This document shows positions 1 to 12,170 of a DNA stretch of 64,000 bases, one piece after another. This DNA comes from Octopus sinensis (Eukaryota). Under the pieces are notes generated by a model that was not told the origin of the DNA, did no database searches, and was given only the letters and a program-made list of their open reading frames with translations. The translations under genes and the position numbers were made by a program. Every line of letters starts with the position of its first letter. Position 1 is the first letter of the stretch. The stretch spans positions 57,102,001 to 57,166,000 of the forward strand of contig NC_043000.1 of the NCBI RefSeq assembly GCF_006345805.1. Direction: 5' to 3'.

Positions 1-1349
1 CCTTTTATCATAATTCTACTGAGACATGGCTGACCTGGGACAAAACAACACAGATGCTTTGTTTTTAGTTGAATATCATTATTGGTATGCTATTATTGTA
101 GACAATTTTGTCTGATTATTGATTAAATTTTGTAATGTAATTTTCAACTGAAGGCAATTATTGGCAATTCTTGAATTTGAATAGGAACATCAGCTGAGAG
201 TTGATTAAATAAGTAGAAATAATCTGTTTCAGTTTAATCACTTGTCTTCGTTCCTCTGAAGTTGATAAAATAAAGTACCAATCAAGTACAACAGATGATA
301 TAATTGATTGTTTCCTTACCCCAAAATTGCTGGCTCTGCCTATGCAAGAAATTATTATTGGCACTAGTATATCTCTGAAAACTGGGTCTTTGGGTTGTTT
401 TGTGTTACGTTGTAGCAATAACATTAATTTTCATTAGATCTTTAAATGCAGTTAAGCATAGAATAAAACCAAGAATGCTGGGGTTTTTTTGTTTTTGTAA
501 TTTTGGAATAATGAAGAAAGTTTTACAAGTGAGAGGTGTCAACAATATGAACTAACTAATGAGCCAAGCAATTCAGTAAAAAAAGATGAAACTTGAGGTG
601 TGTCACCATGCTATAAGGAGAATAAACATTTAATGTTTTAGACAGAATTTTTCATTATCAGATAAAGGGTTCTAGATATGTACTTGATTTATTTTTTCTT
701 ATGCTATATGAACATACTTCATTCTTTGCTTCTTATTAATCTGATGCTTGCTGTTATAGACTTCCAGCAGTCTTCTTGAATAATATCAAATAAATTGATT
801 AAGGAAATTTTTCTTAATTTCATAGAAACTTTTTGTACAATTTTGAGTATTTTTAGGAAACAGATTTAGAAAACATGATTATAAATTAATTCAGTGATTA
901 AGAACCTAATCTTGGCTGATTTAAGAATCTAATTTAGCATGGTTTGTATGATTTTTGAAGTGATAAAGAAATGCATGACTTTAATCCATTCATTTCAAAT
1001 AATTACAGTTTAATATTTGGTTTTCCCCCACTGCAAAAGCAGCATTGATTTTTTTTTTTTTTTGTAGTTTCTTTCACATGAGAGAAATATTGCTTTTGAC
1101 ATGTGTTTTTTAATATAGTTTTCATTTCTTTCAGTTTTTGCTATATTAATAAATTTCATTTCATGAAATAAAAATTATAAGTTAAGGCCATGAGAAAATA
1201 TGCATCTCTAAAAGAGATATTTAATTTCCTTAACACTTTTACTATTAGTCTTTTTGTTTTTAATGATAGATTGAAGTTAACCAACCACTTCTTCAAACAA
1301 ATTGAGGGGTTTCTGTATTTATGTTATGTTACTTTACCAAAAGATATCA

Positions 1350-2090
1350 TTGTACTCTCTCACACACATGTATTTCTCACACATGCCATCATTCATCCTT
1401 ACTGCTATCTCACATTATTCCTTATTTTACCAGTCATTATTATTGACACTCATTGCTCTCTCTCTCTCTCTCTCATCTCTCTTTCTCACTTCCACTACTC
1501 TATCTTCCATCACGCTGTCTCCTTCCAATTACTCTCTCTTCCTCATCATGCTACTATCACTGTTTTCTGTTACTCTCTTTCTTTTTTCTTCACCAACAGT
1601 CATCATGTAGCTATCAATCACTCTCTTCCATTGCTCTTCCTTTTATCATCCTCTTGCTCCTATCTAGTTCTCTTCTGTTATTCTTTTTTCTATCACTGTC
1701 TTTCTTTGGTTCTCTTCTGACCTGTTGTGTGGAAAATAAGCAAACAGATACTATGCCAGGAACTCCTCTCTCTCTCTCTCATTGATAGAAAAAGAGGCTA
1801 GAATGTATACTAGAGAGAATTTAGTCTTAATGGGGTCTAAGCAACTTCTGTAGTGCTGCTACCACAATAAAATACACCCAGTGCAATCAATAAAGTGGTT
1901 ACTGAACAAATGGAGATAGTGTAGGATAGAGAGGACTCTTTAGTCTTGCTGGTGGCAGATTAACCTCTCTAGTGCTGGTGCTATAATAAAATGCATCTAG
2001 TATTCTCTGTGAAATGACTGAAAGGATAGCCAAGAACTGATTCAAACCAGTCTAACCCAAACCAGCATGGAAAAGCAAGTAAAATGAGAA
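1350..2090 (+). mobile_element. Degenerate copy of the (GAT)n-tailed retroelement family, with pyrimidine-rich body and 3' end
   Basis: CT-rich tract followed by tagtgctggtgctataataaaatgcatc and ccagtctaacccaaaccagcatggaaaagc, which match the 3' end of the better copies at 58288-58675 and 63400-63720. Confidence 0.5.
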
Positions 2091-3099
2091 TAATATATGA
2101 AATCTACCTACGTACACCTTCACATACCATAGTTTCTATAGAATCTGTTGTTTAGTTCTAATTCAGCCATAAGGAAGCTTTCCATATCTTTTTTTGTATT
2201 TTTCAGGCAGTATGTATCTAAGCTATATTATTCAGTGTGTCCTTCCATTTAAAAAAAATAATAGGATATGACTGAGAGGGAGATTTTGCTAATTCTAACA
2301 GATTCAGTGATATGGATGCTCTCCTGATGGATTGTTGGGCTAATGAGATTTGTTGGTTGCAATCAATGACCAGATGGGTGACATGTTCATTCAGGTGGGA
2401 TTGTGGCAGCTGTGTATTGTTAACCACTTGGAAAGGGAGCAAGTAACAAGTGTAATCATTTTAAATTTGACACTTTTTACTATTTCCATTGAAACAATTT
2501 TCTAAAGTCATTTTTAAGTGAAAGTATTAATTATGTTGCCATAAGCAATTGCAATTAACAAACAAATTCATCTAATATAAAAATAATTGAATGTAGATTT
2601 CTCACTATTAGTGACTAAGTAAAGCTTGTCAATGATATTATGATAATTAACATAGTTATGCTAATAATTAAGACTATTGACAGCAATTAATCTATCATAA
2701 TTTGTTACAGACAAAATGGTTGTCATTTTTTTTTTTGTTTTTTTTTTTTCAAAAGTTTTATATAAAACTACTGGTTAAGTATTTCATCATGATTATTAGT
2801 AATTATAAAAATTATGTATTTATGCAGCTGATACCTTTATAATCTGAAAGATAGTGAAGATAAGAAAGAGTTCATGCAACTTAATGTTTTACTTGTTTGG
2901 TCTGCAGTCAATAAAATATGTATCAGTAATATCCTGTTGTCACTGTAGTTGGTTAAGCCCATAGGTTTCAAAATTTGACCTTGTATTTAGACTAAAAACG
3001 TAAAAAATAATATACTAATAGATGGGAGTTCTATTGAAGGATTTCCAGAGTAATATTACTCAACAGGGTGTGTAGCTCAGAGAGCAGGATGTCTCTTTT

Positions 3100-3410
3100 G
3101 CATCAAGCCACTATTTCTTCACATTGAGAAGTTACAGCTCCAGTGCTATGGACATGTGATTAGAATACCACAGGAAAGAATCACAAGATGGATTCTTCAA
3201 GCCAAACCAACTGGCAGGAGACCTAGAGTTAAACCAAGAATGAGATGGTTTGATTAATGTCCATAATCTCAGTTGGTCATGCTTGCAAATCCAGCTGTAA
3301 AGTGTAAAGACAGGTCTTTCTGATAGAATCCTATGGAGGAGGTACCTGAGGACTCTACCTCCATGACCCTCCCAGAAATAGAAGGTAGAGAAGATGGATG
3401 GATAAATGGT
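3100..3410 (+). mobile_element. RTE-clade LINE 3' fragment (ORF C-terminus, pseudogenised)
   Basis: Manual translation IKPLFLHIEKLQLQCYGHVIRIPQERITRWILQAKPTGRRPRVKPRMRWFD* resembles the RTE C-terminal motif LRWxGHVxRM...GRRPRGRPRxRW; short (GATG)n tail near 3393-3409. Confidence 0.8.
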
Positions 3411-3809
3411 AGACATGGTTGTGTGATTAAAAAGATTGCTTTCTGACCATCTGCATTCAGGTCTAATCCCATTGTGTGGTACCTTGACCAAAGCTTTGAG
3501 TGGATTTGGTGAACAGAAACTAAAAGAAACCCATCATTTATGTATGTATGTATGTGGAGATGTATGCATGTATGTTTTTATCTCATTGTCTTGGCATCAT
3601 TCAATAATTTGTAAACAAGCATTATTGTCATGCAAGTTTCATTTCCAATGTTTTGTGTCCAACCATGGGGAAATATTTAGCTTGCTTGGAAACAAGTGGG
3701 GGCTGGTGATAGGAAGAGCATCTGGCAATAGGTCCATTTTTGTCAACCCAAATCCAATCTGACTCATGTGAATATGGAAAAATGAGCATATGAAAGTGAT
3801 TATGATGGA

Positions 3810-4025
3810 GCTAACTAGATAGCCTTCATGTACTCACTCAGCCTCATAGAAATAGCACAAAAATCTTTCAAATCACACTATATCTTCAAGGAAGGAAGGA
3901 TACTTTAGATAATTGGGTACCAAACACACTGTCTGAATAAAGGCTAGGGTAGTCAAAGGCTAGAATGCCTTTAATCATAGACCAACTCAGTCAGAGTTAA
4001 CCTGGGGTTAAACACCAACTGTTAC
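3810..4025 (+). repeat. Copy of a dispersed ~200-bp repeat family (core tagaaatagcagccaaatc...caaatcacac)
   Basis: Related copies at about 4300-4780 (opposite strand), 40890-41050, 44255-44420 and 60830-61000. Confidence 0.6.
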
Positions 4026-4435
4026 AACCAAAAACAGAAAGAATGGGATTGATGTTATAGTCGTTTGAGTGGGGAGCTTCAGAATAAACACAAACTCTCT
4101 GTGAAATGACTTATGACTTGCTTTAATCTCATTTGAATCTAATTTAATACCCTTAAGAAAATTATGAAAATTACAGCATCTTATTTCCTATTCCAATAAT
4201 CTTAAGTCTTTATACCTGATTAAGAAACTAATCTTGTTGTGGTTTGAGTCATTATTAGGGTTTGCTTTTCTTTTCTGTAATATAACTACAGTAGTTGCTA
4301 CTATTTAGTCTTAGGTTAGTCTCAGTTAAACAGAGCAGACCTCTGATCAGAAGCATTCCAGCCATAGCCATCTTATTTTTATATATCTAGGACTAAATTG
4401 TCCATTTGCATCCTTCCTGTTTTAAGACATAAGTG

Positions 4436-4700
4436 CAGTTATTCTCTGACATCAATCAGCATCCCACTGTAAAAAAATAAATAAATAAATAAAATTAAAA
4501 AAATTAAGGACATTTTTTTGCACCTCCCCTCTTTATTTATACCTTTTATTTACATGAAAACAAAATAGTTTGCATCTAGTTAATTCTTCTATTTTGCAAT
4601 AGTGTAGGATAAGTTTAAAACATTTAAAACTATGTCTTTTATTAAACATAGCAATTTATCTGCCCCTTTCGATCCTCAGCCCTCACCATGAGAAACACTG
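4436..4700. mobile_element. hAT-like MITE nested in a dispersed repeat
   Basis: Termini CAGTTATTCTC ... GAGAAACACTG (9/11 inverted match); flanked by 8-mers cataagtg (4428-4435) and cattaggg (4701-4708), 6/8 identical, as expected of an old 8-bp TSD; the host repeat resumes on either side. Confidence 0.6.
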
Positions 4701-6134
4701 CATTAGGGTATGATTTGAAGGTGATTGGATTCTATTTAGTAGTAGGTAAAGAGCTAGGGCATAGTGACTCTCTTATTGGCTTGAACTACCCTGGTGAATA
4801 TTGGTGGTGCTGACACTAAAAGAGAAATATATTATTGTCTATTTCATCTTTGTAATGTCCTTGATATTTTCAATGTTTTATTCAGTTAATGAAGCATAAC
4901 TCTCACTGTGAAGATCACAAGAAATGTTTTATTTTGTTTTCCTCTTTTTTTGCAATGGCACTCAGTTCTTAAAATCTTCCAATCAGCAGTACAAAATCAA
5001 TAGCAATTTTTCACTTCTTCTTTGCCAACAGCCTATCTTTAAGTGGGAGGTTTGAATTTCTTTCAGAATGTTCTCATTCATTGCTGAAGATTAGCACAAG
5101 TATGATGTGTTTGATGTCTTAGAATTCAATTGATTGTCATTGATTCAGAATTTAAATTTCATTATTTTCATTTCCTTTTGTTATATAATAACAGCAATTT
5201 TACTTATTTCTCTCATTGAAGACAGAAATCTTTAAAAATTTCTTCGCCTTCTGGCAATTACTAGTTTACTTCAAAAAAGGAGTTATCAAATACATTCTCC
5301 TGATTTATCTTCTCAACTGACTGGGATCTGAAAGCTAATGTATTATTGGTTTTTACTCTGTTTTGAAGTATGTATTAAGGTTGGCCTTAAATCTTAGAAA
5401 TGATAATTTCAGAAACTTTAGCACCAAAATAACATCAAATATATTCTTAGCAGATATAAATGGACATGGAATAGTTTGATAAACAAGTGCAATCAAAGAT
5501 AAAGACAGCTACTATAGGATATATTGCAAACCTATCTAATTATTACATACATTGAAAAAATAGGCAGAGACAGCAGTAACATAAATCAATATCATTGGAC
5601 TATGAATTGACTAGGAAGATTTTGATGTAAATAGTATTAAGACACAAACAGCTGGATGAGACTAGAAAAGAACAACAGGACTACTGACAAGACCCAAACC
5701 ATCTATCTATCTAATTTATAACAGGTATATCCAGCCTTCTTTGCAAAGATTATTTGGTGAGATGTTTGTTTACTGGAGTCAGAATTGGATCCAATAAAAA
5801 TGTACCAACTCCAATGAAAAATAAATTCTAACATTCATGGATACTAATTTAACTGTTTTCTGCACTGAATAATTGTATTAATTGTAACAACTTCTAGAAA
5901 GGAGAATCTGGTAGAAGCAATTCTGTTTTTAAAAGCAAGATGTTTATTTACAGATATAGTGCTTCTTTAATAAATGTAAGAATAGATGCGTTAATATTTT
6001 ACAATGTGATATTTATTTTACTTAATGTAATCTTCCATGTTACATTTACTTAAATTTTATTTTCAGACAATGCTTTAATCTCCATATGGGTTATGTATCT
6101 AACTGAGTTTATTTCTTTTTAAATGGTCATTTTT

Positions 6135-6348
6135 TAAAGTTGCTTTAATCCAGCTGCTGAAATATTCTGTTTTATATTAAACCTGCTTAGATCTGGCCTC
6201 TTGCACCAACCTTGTTGCACTTCCATTCTAAAAATAAAGTTACATCGTTGAAATTTCGAAAGCTATAGAATGACGCATGATTACTTCAAAATAATGTGAA
6301 TGAATAAGCATTACATTTGACAGAGTAATCTGAATGCTAAAGGGTTAA
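6135..6348. mobile_element. piggyBac-like MITE family A copy
   Basis: Ends in aatgctaaaggg|ttaa; internal sequence homologous to 14372-14585 and 49139-49354. Confidence 0.7.
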
Positions 6349-8479
6349 ATGTTCAATCTTTTAGTTTTAACATTGTTGTAGTTAAGATTTTTAAACCAGT
6401 AAGCAAATATATTCATGATTTTCTTTCATAGTATTTTTATAGCCTCATTCATTCATGTTCATATTTTTAAACTTTAGGCATTCTGATAAAAAGCATTCTC
6501 ATTTAGTCTCTTTTAGTCAGTATAAGAAATATATGATTAGTTTAATTACAAATAGCAGAGCAGAAGTCAGAATCAGAGATACTATATACTAATGGATGAG
6601 TCAGAGATTTTGTGTATCAACTCCAAAGCCCTGACTTTAGGGTTCCATATTTTGCTGGTAGTGAAATATCTTCTCGTTGTTGGTGTCAGTTTTTCTGATG
6701 ATGTTTTTATTACATGGTTTCTAATTAACCATTTTACTGCAGAAAACAGACACATCTGCTCAAAGTTGCATTACCTTTAACTGTGGAAAGCAGTTTTATA
6801 TACCAATCTGTATTTTGTTGAGGAATGTCATGTTTGGAACTATTTTCTATTGAGATACACCAAGTTCATTGAAGCAGCATGATATGCTGAAAATACCAGT
6901 TTTGCTTTTTGGTAGATATTTAATATCATTATTGGAATAACCATGAAATTTAATTTTGCAGTTAAATGTTTAATAAAAATTAGCAATGTTGCCAAAGATT
7001 TAAGAAAAAAATTGTTTTTCTTATTTAAGCCCTCAGTATCAATGGAGCTTCAATGAATTTCACAAAACCTTCATCACAAATTTTCACTTTTCTTTCTGCT
7101 CATGATGAACATTGTGATGAAAAATTGTTGAGGTATTATTTTTAAAGAGTTGCTATACTTTTTGAACTGATGTTACCTTTTCCTTTTTATTCCCCCCCCT
7201 TTTTTTTTGTAATCTTAGGTTAGATATTTATCTTTTTTTGTTTCCTGTCAGTTCCCTTCTCCTTCAAAATGTGTCTTTTAAAAAATGCTAAAAAAACATC
7301 CAGGCGGATACAATAAGGGTTATAGCTCTTAATTTATTTATTGATTATCAGTGCTTTCACAGGTTGAATACTTTATTGTATTAAACTGGCATCAGGAATC
7401 TGTCTTTATCATTTACTTGTTGCATTTTACGTCTTTTTTTTCTCGACTTCAATTATTGGTGAATGTGACAGAATACATATGCACATGCACACAGAAGTAG
7501 TAAAATAAAAGAAATGTATAAAATAATATATATAAATGAAAAGAATTAAGTAAATTGCTAGTTTTCAATAACTCTTAGGTTATCTCATGCATAAAATACT
7601 TTCTTTCAGTTTACTGCTATGCAGATCTTTTCAATGAAATCTATATAAAAGAAGGAAATCTTTGAAAAGAGAAGGCAGTCTTTACACACACACACATTCT
7701 GTTTTTCTGTCTTTAATTTTACCACATCCATTCACTACTTTATGTTCCAATGTGTGAAAGCTGCCCTTTTTGCCTCATCTTTAATGTGGCTGTGGTCTTT
7801 TTAACATGTCTTCTCTCTCAAGGAAGTTTGGCACTTGCTAAATTGTTTTTCAATATATTTTTCTCTATTGGCATTGCTCACGAAGGTAAAATAAAGGTTC
7901 CCTCACCCTGTCCCTTTCTTTGGTTTTTCTCTTGCTCTCTTACCTTCTGGCCTCTTATATATACTACAGGGCTTTATGAATTATATTACTTTAGTCAACC
8001 CATTCCTACCAGTCAGCCATTTATACAATAAATGAAAACATGCGAAGATATGCACCAAATTTCTGTTTTCCTATCTTTAATTTTATCACATTTATTCAAT
8101 ACTTTTATGTTCTAATATGTTAAAACTGCCCTTTTTTCCTCCTCTTTAATGTTTCTGTTCTTTTTAATCATGAAAATTTGGGACTCACTTGCTCACAATG
8201 CAACTGCTCAATCAGCCCCAACCACCTATACTAGAAATCTTCAACGTCGAACCCTATATAACTATCTGTGTCCCCTCATAGATCATATTCTTCATATCCT
8301 TCATGTACCAGTTATTGCTATCCAACTTCCTCTTCTATATCAGCATCCTGACAATGTTATAAAAAGTCATAGCAAACACTCATCACTTTGGACCCTAGTA
8401 TCTTGCTTGATGTTGAGAATAAGAGTAGGTATAAATTTCATATGATGTACCTATTGTTAGCTATGGACACACAAGAGGT

Positions 8480-8950
8480 GTAGGTGGAATCTCAGTCAAA
8501 CTAAGGGAACTAGATCCACTGGAGCAGTATGTTCTATGAGCACCCTGAAATAAATTTTAAGTGCATAGGTGGCTCACTAGAAGTAGCTTTGCTACCTACG
8601 AGATGTAATTAACAAGGAAAGTGGTTGCTCTGAAAGTATAACAGCCAAAGTAAGCATAAGTTGGAGAAAGTTTAGGGAGGTACTATCACTCTTGGTAACA
8701 AAGGTCTTCTCCCACAGAGTGAAGAGTAGATTGTATGATGCTTGTACTTGAACTGCAATGTTGCATGATAGAGACAGGCTTTGAAGGGAGGAGTCTTGAG
8801 AAGACTGGAAAGAAATGAAGGAACATGCTCCATTGGATGTGCAATGTAAATGTATGTGGAAGACATAGGACAAATGTGCTGAGAAAAGAACTGAGCATAA
8901 GAGGAATCAAATGTAGAGTATAAGAAAGATGATGGTATCCACACTACTAA
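8480..8950 (+). mobile_element. RTE-clade LINE fragment (end of RT domain), pseudogenised
   Basis: Manual translation YLRDVINKESGCSESITAKVSISWRKFREVLSLLVTKVFSHRVKSRLYDACT*TAMLHD resembles the RTE segment YLGD...AWxKFREL...KGRLY...MLYG; contains stops and frameshifts. Confidence 0.75.
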
Positions 8951-10020
8951 TGCTAACAAAAATTTCTTTCTCTAATATATATATATTTGTTAACTTCTCT
9001 TCTATAAATCCCTGATGTACCTTCAAATGAACAAAATGCTTTTTGTTGTCTTTAGCTGTTTTAAAAAACACTCATATGCACATTTGATGTGAAAGAATAT
9101 CTACACAATTAATGTATGTTAAAATATACAAATCTACTGCATTTTTGAGATTTACTTTCCTTGATATTCAGATAACTTTGAAGTTTTAGAAAAAGCCAGC
9201 ACCTTCCATGCAAGCATGCATTCATGTGTTTTTGTGTGTTTGTATTTAAATTCTTACAGTCCCTATCTTTACTTTTATTATTACTTATTTGTTTATTTTT
9301 TTTTTTTTTGTTTTTATCACCCTGTGTACCTTATTGAGTTAGCTTTCATAGCAATATTTAAGTTATGCATCACTCGCAACAACTGTTCTGCAGTGAGGAG
9401 ATGGCTGCCAGAAGTGATAGAAGAGATAATGCAAAAGAACATGTGGCAATAAGGGTGGTGAACCAGGTTGGGTTCTTCCTTCCTTGTATAAATAACTTTA
9501 GAATGTGCCTTAGAGGAGTAATTGTTTTGTGTGTAGCAGAGGAAGGAATAACCAACTGGTTGACTGACTGATTGATCAATAAATTTCAGTGAGAAATATT
9601 GCTGCCTCCTGGCTTCTTTTTGTTTCATACTGTAGTTAAGGATTTGCTTTCTTGCCTGTGTGATATTAGGATGGGGCAGTAGCCAAATTAGTTTGCACCT
9701 CCTTCTCCTTCTCTCCATTTCAGTGGAGAAGACTTTATCTACCACACCCTTGCTGTGTTTGCGGATAAAGCTATTTAGTCATTATTTAACCTCTGGTCAA
9801 CTCAGAGCAGGACAATATTATCCAGTGTGTCATTTAAGACAGTGGAGTATGATTCCTAGCAGGTTAAACAAGTGCAGTCTCTTAAGAGATGTTTATTTAA
9901 TGAATCAAGTGATTCTTTCTTGCAGATATTGTGAATCATTATTAGTTATGTAGTCACATTAGTAAAAGAAAACATTCAATTTTATTTTCACAGAATATAC
10001 TCCATGCAGTTACGGTTACA

Positions 10021-10224
10021 TACTCTTTTACTTGTTTCAGTCATTTTGACTGTGGCCATGCTGGAGCACCGCCTTTAGTCGAGCAAATCGACCCCGGGAC
10101 TTATTCTTTGTAAGCCCAGTACTTATTCTATCGGTCTCTTTTGCCAAACTGCTAAGTGACGGGGACGTAAACACACCAGCATCGGTTGTCAAGCAATGGT
10201 AGAGGGACAAACACATACACACAT

Positions 10225-10273
<49 letters not shown>

Positions 10274-10439
10274 TACGACAGTATTCTTTCAGTTTCCGTC
10301 TACCAAATCCACTCGCAAGGCTTTGGTCGGCCCGAGGCTATAGCAGAAGACACTTGCCCAAGATGCCATGCAGTGGGACTGAACCCGGAACCATGTGGTT
10401 GGTTAGCAAGCTACTTACCACACAGCCACTCCTACGCCC
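10021..10439 (-). mobile_element. tRNA-headed SINE family 1, well-preserved copy with internal (TA)n
   Basis: Minus strand begins ggcgtaggagtggctgtgtggtaag (A box-like) with ggttcagtcc (B box-like) and ends gactgaaacaagtaaaagagta; retains CpGs; more than 10 homologous copies in the window. Confidence 0.85.
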
Positions 10440-10924
10440 ATTGAAGTTCTTATATAAAGAAATTGATAAAAATAAAATTAGTTCATCATATTCTTGTGAT
10501 TGTTTGTATTTTTGTCTTTTATTTTGGGCTTGGATATTTATAGGGAGCTGTATAGTTTTCTTTTACTAAAATTCACTGACAAAGTATTGGTCAACATATG
10601 ACAACAGTGGAAGATACTTGCCTAAGATATCGTAGTGCTACTAACTATATTTCATCTTCTGAAAAATTTTAGTTTCATATCAAAATCTCAGAATTTGCTG
10701 TTGTTGTTTTTCAGTCTTGCTAAAATTGCATTAGAATACGTCCTTCTCTTTTGCAAGATATTTGGGTATGATTTGTGGAAGAATTGGCTACTCTTTCGTA
10801 AAATAAATCATTAGTATTTCTAAATGACTTTGCCTTACATACTTCCAAGGTTAATATAAGTATCTCTCAAGTATTGGGGTCAGCTGAACCAAGTATTCTT
10901 TTCCCCAAAAATTTCTGGTCTTAG

Positions 10925-11793
10925 GATTGTTAGAGTTAGTAAAAAATGCTTTGTGACATTTGTTCTTAGTTCAACTACCTCCAGAGTCAACTTTGCCTTT
11001 CATCTTTTTGAGACCAATAAAATTAAGTACCAATCAAGTGCTAGATTTGATGTAAGTGACTAACCCTTCCCCCCCCCCTAAAATTGCTAGCTTTGTGCCT
11101 CAATTAAAAGTACAAGTCAATAAAGTAAAGCACAAGTACTGGGGTTGATATAATTGACTAGTCCCCTTCCCTAAAATTTCAGACTTTTTATCTTTTATTT
11201 GTTTTAGTTATTAGACTGTGGCCATGCTGGGGCACTGCCGTGAAGAATTTTTATTTGAATGTATTGACCACAGTACTTATTTCTTTTAAAGGCTAGTACT
11301 TATTCTATCACTTTCTTTTGCTGAACTGCTAAGTTGGGAGATGTAAAAAAAAACAACACCAGTTATCAAGTGGTGGGGACAAACACACACACACACATAT
11401 ATATGATGGGTTTCTGTCAGTTTCCCTCTACAAAATCCTCTCACAAGGCTTTGGTTGGCCTGAAGCTATAGTAGAAGACACTTGCCCAAGATGGTACACA
11501 ATGGGGACTGAACCCAGAACCATGTGGTTGGTAAGCAACCTTCTTAACACATAGCAATACCAGCACCTATAGTAGAAAGGATTATTATTATAAGGTGGTG
11601 AGGTGGCAAAATCGTTAGCACCTCAGGCAAAATACTTCGTGGTATTTTGTCCATCTTTATGCTTTGAGTTCAAATTCCATTTGCCTTTCATCCTTTCGGG
11701 GTCAATTAATTAAGTACCAGTGAAATACTGGAGTCGATGTAATTGTCTTGTTCCCTTCCCCATATTTCAGGCCTTGTACTTATAGTAGAAAGG

Positions 11794-11829
<36 letters not shown>

Positions 11830-12170
11830 TTATCCTATGCTTTACTTGATATCTTTTTCCTTGCTCTAAACTCTGCTTTTCATCCTTGTATTGTCCTCAA
11901 TGTCTTGGACTGTTTAGCCAATAAAAATTATAATCATCATCATTTTGATGATAGATTAATTAGCAGAGTAGCAGGCAAAATGCATTGCAGTATTTAATTG
12001 TATCCCTTCAAAATGTACTAGGCTCAACATTTCTTTCATTCTTCTGAGATCGATATAATGAAGTACCAGTCAAGTACTGAGATCAATGTAATTAGTTACT
12101 CTCCCGCTGGCCTCAAAATTGCAGGTCCTGTGCCTAAATTAGAAACATCATCATCATTATTATTAATTAT
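10925..12170 (+). mobile_element. Cluster of SINE family 2 copies with (ATT)n tails, interrupted by a family 1 SINE
   Basis: Repeated motifs gagttcaaattcc, tttgcctttcatcctttcggggtc, aagtaccagt and actggggtcgat at about 10925-11110, 11120-11185, 11593-11830 and 11955-12170. Confidence 0.75.
11187..11567 (-). mobile_element. SINE family 1 copy
   Basis: Homologous along its length to 10021-10439. Confidence 0.8.

Noticed and set aside
1190-1785. Overlapping S/L/F-rich ORFs (also 28311-29065 on the minus strand and 30286-30558)
   Set aside because: Products of pyrimidine-rich low-complexity strands that are depleted of stop codons.
2302-2446. Possible exon FSDMDALLMDCWANEICWLQSMTRWVTCSF after ctaacag
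   Set aside because: Weak pyrimidine tract and donors and an implausibly W/C-rich peptide; not enough support.
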